DNA from: a bacterium
Lineage (GTDB): Bacteria > Zhuqueibacterota > Zhuqueibacteria > Oceanimicrobiales > Oceanimicrobiaceae
Reading direction: 5' to 3'
NCBI GenBank assembly: GCA_046757165.1
Contig: JBHHXT010000139.1
Coordinates: forward strand, 1 to 12,574
DNA: 12,574 bases
Position 1 is the first letter of the stretch; each line of letters starts with the position of its first letter. The translations under genes and the position numbers were made by a program. Under the pieces are notes generated by a model, which worked only from the letters and a program-made list of their open reading frames with translations, was not told the origin of the DNA and did no database searches. Shown here in pieces: positions 7,412 to 12,574 of this stretch.

Positions 7412-7780
7412 ATGAAAATCCTGATCGTGGACGACGAAAAAGACGCAGAAGCGCTCTTCCGGCAGAAATTCAGAAAGGAGATCAAGGCCGGCGAAATCGA
7501 CTTGCTGTTCGCCGTTTCCGCAGAGGCGGCGTTGAAGGAGCTGCGGCCGGAAAGCGGCCGCGATGTCGCGCTGGTGCTGGCGGATATCAACATGCCCGGC
7601 ATGAGCGGTCTGGAGCTTTTGCAGGAGATTCGCAAGCGCAAGCTCGCGGTGCAGGTTTATCTGATCACGGGCCTCGGCGACCAGGAGACACAAAAAGTGG
7701 CGCTGGCCTCCGACGGCGACGCCTTTTTTACCAAACCGCTGGATTTTGAAGCACTGAAGAACAAGATGTTGGGAATTTGA
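7412..7780 (+). CDS. Single-domain response regulator (paralog), 122 aa
   Basis: ATG at 7412, separated from the upstream stop by 1 nt, with AGGA at 7401-7404. Motifs ILIVDDE, LADINMPGMSG, ITGLG and FTKPL. Confidence 0.93.
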   Translation: MKILIVDDEKDAEALFRQKFRKEIKAGEIDLLFAVSAEAALKELRPESGRDVALVLADINMPGMSGLELLQEIRKRKLAVQVYLITGLGDQETQKVALASDGDAFFTKPLDFEALKNKMLGI

Positions 7781-7813
7781 ACTCTGACAGGGTTTCGAAA
7801 CCCTGCCAGAGTT
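7780..7813. repeat. 34-bp near-perfect REP-like palindrome
   Basis: AACTCTGACAGGGTTT-CG-AAACCCTGCCAGAGTT has one mismatch in the 16-bp arms. It begins on the last base of the stop codon and has no U-tract. Confidence 0.8.
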
Positions 7814-7856
7814 GGGCCATCTAGAATCGCAAACAAGTGAACAAAGGATCAAATCC

Positions 7857-10800
7857 ATGAAACAGCTACTTTTTTTACAGATTGCCCCGGGGCTATCCCA
7901 AAAAGGAAAAAAGATTCTTTTCCCGGGCGCGAAGCGACGAAGCAATTTCCCGATTTCAGGCACAAAACCAGGGGATTGCTTCGCTTCGCTCGCAATGACA
8001 TTTGAGTTTTTGGGACAGCTCCAGGGTACCCTGCTCCTGCTGCTCCTCCTGGCGCAGCCCCTCCCTGCGCAAACCGCCGAAGCCGGGCTGCCCTTCATCA
8101 CCAACTTCAGCCCGAAGGAGTACAACGCTGGGAACAACAACTGGGCAATCGTGCAGGACGACCGCGGGGTGATGTACTTCGGCAACAACAGCGGCGTGCT
8201 GGAGTATGACGGCGCGAGCTGGCGCTTGATTCGGCTACCCAATAAGTCGACAGCCCGCTCTCTGGCCAGGGCGGAAGACGGTACGATTTATGTGGGCGGT
8301 GTCGGCGATTTCGGTTTTCTGGCGCCGGACGGCCGGGGACAGATGCAGTGCGTTTCCCTGCGCGAGCAGGCGCCCGCCGACGCCCGCCAGTTTGCCGACG
8401 TCTGGATGACCCACGTCACCGCGGAGGGCGTATACTTTTTAACCGATCGGCGGATTTTCCGCTGGACGCCCGGCGAAGGGGGAAAACACCCCTCTGAGTC
8501 CCCCCTCGAGGAGGAAAGACACGCCCCCGGCGCCACTGTGGCGGCAGGCGTCATGAGAGTCTGGCCGGCGCAGGATCGCTTCCACGTGGCTTCGGTCGTG
8601 CACGGCGACTATTATGTTCGCCAGTGGGGCGTTGGTTTGATGCGCATGGAAAACGACTCGCTGGCGCTGGTGCCCCAGGGTGAACGGTTCGCCGGCGAAC
8701 GAATTTATGTGATGCTGCCTTACGAAATCCCCCCCGACCCCCCTTTACAAAAGGGGGGAGCCCTCCTACCGAACCCCATTCTCATCGGCACCCGCACCCA
8801 GGGTCTTTTTCTCTACGACGGCCAGACCTTCCGGCCCTTCAAGACCGAGGCGGATGATTTTCTTGCCCGGGGAGGCATCTACCTGCCCGGCGCCGTGCTC
8901 GCCGACGGCAGCTTTGCTCTGGGCACGATCGTCGGTGGCATGGCCGTCATCGAACGCGACGGCCGGCTGCGCTATGTTCTCGACGAGTCATCCGGTCTCA
9001 ATCAAAACGGCGCTATGTATATCTATCCCGACCCCTCCGGCGCCGGCCTATGGCTGGGGCTCAACAAGGGCGTCGCCTACGTCGAGACGCCGTCGCCGCT
9101 CACCCGCTACGATGCGCTTTCCGGTCTGGAATTTCCGGTGTACGATATCCTGCGGCACCGCGGCGTGCTTTACGTCAGCGGCAACTACGGCGTTCACCGG
9201 CTGGACCCGGAGCGCGGTCGGTTTCAACGGGTCGCCGGCACTTCTGACCAGTGTTTCGATTTGCTGGTGATCGATGATGAGCTCTACGTTACCATTTTGG
9301 CGCACGGTCTGTTCCGCATCGAACACCAACGCGCCGTGCCGGTGCGGCCGTCGGTGAACTACGATTTTCGCGCGCAGAATTTGCACCCGTGGCGCCGCAA
9401 CCCGGACTACCTGTTCGTGCTGCTGGACGACGCCCTGGCGGTTCTGCGCCATACCGGACGGCGCTGGCGGGACGTGGGCAAGGTCCCCATTCGCTCGTCT
9501 CCCTACGGCCTGAGCGAAGACGCGAGCGGAGACTTCTGGGTTGGGTTAGCCAATGGTGCGGCGCGCATTCGCTTACACTCGCGGGACGAGCTCGATTCCA
9601 CCATGCTCGAGAACGCCCGGGTCGATTATCATGACACCAGGCACGGCCTGCCGACCGGGAAGGTCCAGCCCTATTGGGTAGCGGGTCGAACCTTTTTTGC
9701 GACCCTGTCAGGCGTGTATGCGTTCGACGCCGGAAGCCGCCGCTTCCACCCGGATTCTACCTTTGCCGGCGTGCGCAGCAATCCCCTTGCTGAAAACTTT
9801 CTCCTACGGAAAGACGCCGGCGGGCGGGTCTGGATAAGCCTGGGCGCAGAATCGGCCGTAGCCACCCCGGATGGGGCCGGCGGCTACACCGTCGAAAAAA
9901 CGCCTTTCCTGCGCTTTGCGGACTCCCCGCCTGACGTGATTTATCCTGAGAAGGCCTCAGCAGGAAGCGCCGATCTCGGCCCGGTCTGGTTTGGCGGCGC
10001 CGAAGCGCTCATTCGCTACGACCCATCCGTGCGGAGGAATTACCTGGCCGATTACCCGGCTTTGATCCGGCGCGTGACCGTGGGGGAGGATTCGGTGCTG
10101 TTTGGCGGGGCGGCCATTCCCCCCGGCCCACCATTGCAAAAGGGGGGAGAAGGAAGTCCCCTTTTGAAAAAGGGGGACTTAGGGGGATTCCTTGCGTCAA
10201 CCGTCGAACTACCCCACACCCAAAACGCCCTGCGCTTCGAGTTCGCTGCGCCCACCTTTGACAACCCTAAAGAGACGCATTTTCAGTCCATGTTGAAAGG
10301 CTTCGACCAGCGCTGGTCGGCGTGGAGCAAGGAAAACAAACGCATTTACACCAACCTGCCGGCGGGCGATTTTCGCTTCATCGTGCGGGCCAGGAATATT
10401 TACCAGCGCGAAAGCAGCGATGCGGTGTACGCCTTTAGCATTCTGTCGCCGTGGTGGCGGACGTTGTGGGCGTACCTTTTCTACCTGTTGGCCGGCGGCG
10501 GCCTGGTTTTTGGTCTGGTCAGAATGCGCACACAGCAGCTCGAAGCGCGCAGCTGGGAGCTGGAGCAAACCGTGGCAGAACGCACCGCAGAAATCCAGCA
10601 GCGCGCTGAGGAGCTGGCGGTCATCAACAGCGTGCAGGAGGGGCTGGTCGCCGAGCTGGAGATGCAGGGAATCTACGACTTGGTTGGCGACAAGATCCGC
10701 CAACTGTTCGATGCCCAGGTGGTGGTCATCCGAACGTTTGACCTCGATACGGGTCTAGCCCATTTCCAGTATGTCATCGAAAAGGGAAAACGATACTACG

Positions 10801-12428
10801 TGGATGCGCATCCTATCGACGGATTTCACAAGCATCTTCTCGAAACCGGGCAACCGCTCTTGTTGAAGCAGAAGTTTGTGGAGTATGTCCGTCAATATAC
10901 CGACCAGGTGGTAGTCGATGGGGAAGCCCCCAAATCCGCGATCTTCGTGCCCATGCAGGTTAGTGGAACGGTCAAAGGCAACATCAGCCTCCAAAACGTT
11001 GACCATGAGCACGCTTTCAGTGAGTCAGACCTACGTCTGCTCACCACCCTTGCCAACAGCATGAGCGTGGCGCTGGAGAACGCCCGTTTGTTCAGCGAGA
11101 CCACCCAGCGCGCCACTGAGCTGGCCACGGTCAACAACATCAGCCGGGCGCTGGTGTCGCAACTGGAGTTCGACGCCCTGGTGCACCTGGTGGGCGAGCA
11201 AATGCGGGCCACCTTCAAAGCCAATATTGTCTATGTCGCCTTGCTGGACAAAGAACGCAGCATGATCGATTTTCCCTACGGGTATGGTGACGATTTTGCT
11301 TCCATTCCCCTGGGTCAAGGCCTGACTTCACAGATTATTCAGTCCGGCGAGCCGCTGCTCATCAACAAAGATTTGAAACAGCGGCATGAAGAAATGGGGA
11401 TTGACACCGTGGGCGTGCCGGCCGCCTCTTATCTCGGCGTGCCCATCCCGGTGGGGGGCGAGATTATCGGCGTCATCAGCGTGCAGAGCACCGAGGAGGA
11501 GAATCGCTTTGGTGAAGACGACATGCGGTTGCTGTCGACCATCGCCGCCAACGTCGGCGTGGCACTGCAAAACGCCGAGTCCTACCACAAGCTCAACGCC
11601 GCCCTCGAAGACCTGAAAACCACCCAGGAACAGCTCGTGACCCAGGAAAAGCTTGCTTCCCTGGGCGCGCTCACCGCCGGCATCGCGCACGAGATCAAGA
11701 ACCCGCTGAACTTCGTCAACAATTTCGCAGAGCTTTCCATGGAGCTGGTGGCGGAGATTCGCGAGTGTTTTGAGCAAGAAAAGGACAAAATCAGCGCCGG
11801 GGTGCGCGAGGACGTCGAGCTCGCCTTGCAAGACCTGGAACAAAATGCGCAGAAAATCAACGAGCACGGCAAGCGCGCCGACAGCATCGTCAAGAGCATG
11901 CTGCAGCACTCGCGCGGCAAAAAGGGCGAGCGCCAGGAAACCGACCTGAACGCCGTGCTGGAAGAAGCGCTCAACCTGGCCTACCACGGCATGCGGGCGC
12001 AGGACTCGTCGTTCAACATCAAGATGGAAACGCACCTGGAAGACAAGCTGCCGAAGATCAGCGTGGTGCCGCAGGACATCAGCCGGGTGTTCTTGAACAT
12101 CATCAGCAACGGCTTTTACGCGGCGCACAAGAAAAAGAACGGCTCAGCCGGCGGCGGCTTCAGTCCCACGCTCACCGTAGCCACGAAAACCACCGGCCAG
12201 GGCGTGGAGGTGCGCATCCGCGACAACGGCGGCGGCATCCCGAAGGAGACGCTGGACAAGCTGTTTCAGCCGTTTTTCACCACCAAACCCACGGGTCAGG
12301 GCACGGGGTTGGGACTCTCCATCAGCTACGACATTATCGTGCAGGAGCACGGCGGCGAGCTGACGTTTGAGACCGAGGAGGGGGAGTTTACCGAGTTTAT
12401 TATCCGGTTGCCGGGGAATGGCACGTGA
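7857..12428 (+). CDS. Membrane sensor histidine kinase: beta-propeller, Y_Y_Y, TM, 2xGAF, HisKA, HATPase (1523 aa)
   Basis: ATG at 7857 with AAGGA RBS at 7844-7848. Signal h-region LLLLLLLAQPLPAQ; propeller start NWAIVQDDRGVMYFGN..GVLEYDG; Y_Y_Y (WSAWSKENKRIYTNLPAGDFRFIVRARN); TM PWWRTLWAYLFY; two GAF domains ending F.E.D.RLL.T.A....VAL.NA; H-box AGIAHEIKNPLNFVNNF; IRDNGGGIP, FQPFFTTKP and GTGLGLSISYDII. Confidence 0.95.
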   Translation: MKQLLFLQIAPGLSQKGKKILFPGAKRRSNFPISGTKPGDCFASLAMTFEFLGQLQGTLLLLLLLAQPLPAQTAEAGLPFITNFSPKEYNAGNNNWAIVQDDRGVMYFGNNSGVLEYDGASWRLIRLPNKSTARSLARAEDGTIYVGGVGDFGFLAPDGRGQMQCVSLREQAPADARQFADVWMTHVTAEGVYFLTDRRIFRWTPGEGGKHPSESPLEEERHAPGATVAAGVMRVWPAQDRFHVASVVHGDYYVRQWGVGLMRMENDSLALVPQGERFAGERIYVMLPYEIPPDPPLQKGGALLPNPILIGTRTQGLFLYDGQTFRPFKTEADDFLARGGIYLPGAVLADGSFALGTIVGGMAVIERDGRLRYVLDESSGLNQNGAMYIYPDPSGAGLWLGLNKGVAYVETPSPLTRYDALSGLEFPVYDILRHRGVLYVSGNYGVHRLDPERGRFQRVAGTSDQCFDLLVIDDELYVTILAHGLFRIEHQRAVPVRPSVNYDFRAQNLHPWRRNPDYLFVLLDDALAVLRHTGRRWRDVGKVPIRSSPYGLSEDASGDFWVGLANGAARIRLHSRDELDSTMLENARVDYHDTRHGLPTGKVQPYWVAGRTFFATLSGVYAFDAGSRRFHPDSTFAGVRSNPLAENFLLRKDAGGRVWISLGAESAVATPDGAGGYTVEKTPFLRFADSPPDVIYPEKASAGSADLGPVWFGGAEALIRYDPSVRRNYLADYPALIRRVTVGEDSVLFGGAAIPPGPPLQKGGEGSPLLKKGDLGGFLASTVELPHTQNALRFEFAAPTFDNPKETHFQSMLKGFDQRWSAWSKENKRIYTNLPAGDFRFIVRARNIYQRESSDAVYAFSILSPWWRTLWAYLFYLLAGGGLVFGLVRMRTQQLEARSWELEQTVAERTAEIQQRAEELAVINSVQEGLVAELEMQGIYDLVGDKIRQLFDAQVVVIRTFDLDTGLAHFQYVIEKGKRYYVDAHPIDGFHKHLLETGQPLLLKQKFVEYVRQYTDQVVVDGEAPKSAIFVPMQVSGTVKGNISLQNVDHEHAFSESDLRLLTTLANSMSVALENARLFSETTQRATELATVNNISRALVSQLEFDALVHLVGEQMRATFKANIVYVALLDKERSMIDFPYGYGDDFASIPLGQGLTSQIIQSGEPLLINKDLKQRHEEMGIDTVGVPAASYLGVPIPVGGEIIGVISVQSTEEENRFGEDDMRLLSTIAANVGVALQNAESYHKLNAALEDLKTTQEQLVTQEKLASLGALTAGIAHEIKNPLNFVNNFAELSMELVAEIRECFEQEKDKISAGVREDVELALQDLEQNAQKINEHGKRADSIVKSMLQHSRGKKGERQETDLNAVLEEALNLAYHGMRAQDSSFNIKMETHLEDKLPKISVVPQDISRVFLNIISNGFYAAHKKKNGSAGGGFSPTLTVATKTTGQGVEVRIRDNGGGIPKETLDKLFQPFFTTKPTGQGTGLGLSISYDIIVQEHGGELTFETEEGEFTEFIIRLPGNGT
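7889..8022. mobile_element. MITE-like element of about 134 bp with 16-bp terminal inverted repeats, inside the kinase signal-peptide region
   Basis: Left end GGGGCTATCCCAAAAA (7889-7904) against the reverse complement of the right end GGAGCTGTCCCAAAAA (8007-8022): 14/16 match. The ends resemble IS1182-type GGCTGTCCCAAAA termini (from recall). The element is open in the kinase reading frame. Confidence 0.65.
7924..8000. repeat. REP/RPE-like palindrome nested in the MITE (...GCGAAGCGACGAAGCAAT...GATTGCTTCGCTTCGCTCGCAATGACA)
   Basis: Perfect stem CGAAGCAAT (7938-7946) / ATTGCTTCG (7975-7983). The right arm is intact and the left arm eroded; it translates as AKRRSNF...GDCFASLAMT. Confidence 0.8.
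8478..8516 (+). repeat. In-frame C-rich/G-rich mini-repeat, degenerate (GGKHPSESPLEEE)
   Basis: aaaacacccctctgagtcccccctcgaggagga shows a C-run, spacer, C-run hairpin layout like the 8725 element, and lies in an extended propeller loop. Confidence 0.5.
8725..8760 (+). repeat. In-frame 36-bp palindromic mini-element (EIPPDPPLQKGG)
   Basis: AAATCCCCCCCGA-CCCCCCTTT-ACA-AAAGGGGGG-AG, with a perfect 9-bp stem. Confidence 0.8.
10116..10189. repeat. In-frame inverted pair of the same mini-element (IPPGPPLQKGGEGSPLLKKGDLGGF)
   Basis: Forward unit attccccccggcccaccattgcaaaaggggggag (10116-10149). The reverse unit (10155-10189) has reverse complement aatccccctaagtccccctttttcaaaaggggact. Confidence 0.8.
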
Positions 12429-12475
12429 AATCCGAAATCCCCAAGTTGCCAGGCCCCAGGTGTTCCCCCACGAGT

Positions 12476-12520
12476 GACGCAGAGCATCCCCGGGGGCGTT
12501 ACGACGGGGACCGTCGGAAC
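12476..12520. repeat. Two-hairpin REP-like element downstream of the kinase
   Basis: GACGC-AGA-GCATC is followed by GTTACGACGG-GGA-CCGTCGGAAC. The layout resembles GACGCAGAGCGTC...GTTCCCACGCAGAGCGTGGGAAC elements (from recall). Confidence 0.55.
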
Positions 12521-12574
12521 TCTTTTGCCCGACCGGCGCACCAGAGCTTGACGGCGCGGCCAACGAAAGCATAA

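Noticed and set aside
5758..7856. ORF-track starts at 5758, 6958, 7364 and 7812
   Set aside because: Downstream ATGs at 5773, 7000, 7412 and 7857 have RBS motifs and coincide with domain or signal-peptide starts.
12144..12572. Minus-strand ORFs at the right edge
   Set aside because: They overlap the kinase 3' end and translate repeat DNA, with no recognisable domain.

Overview
Bacterial signal-transduction locus, mostly on the + strand; the gene types suggest an FCB-group organism such as KSB1, Calditrichota or Ignavibacteria (inference). Gene order: hybrid two-component sensor-regulator (beta-propeller, Y_Y_Y, TM, HisKA, HATPase, REC, AraC; 532-4740), a 140-aa hypothetical protein, a REC-PP2C/SpoIIE phosphatase, two paralogous single-domain receivers, and a 1523-aa beta-propeller/Y_Y_Y/2xGAF histidine kinase. 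The non-coding regions hold two decayed Ser/Thr kinase 5' ends under a near-consensus sigma70 promoter, and a frameshifted remnant resembling the C-terminus of an AbiEii-type toxin. A 21-bp-periodic direct repeat upstream of the operon is a candidate AraC/HTCS site. The most unusual feature is the number of distinct miniature palindromic elements. Four of them sit in frame inside the large kinase gene, including a MITE-like element with a nested REP-like palindrome in the signal-peptide region. No database searches were run; family assignments rest on motif recognition.
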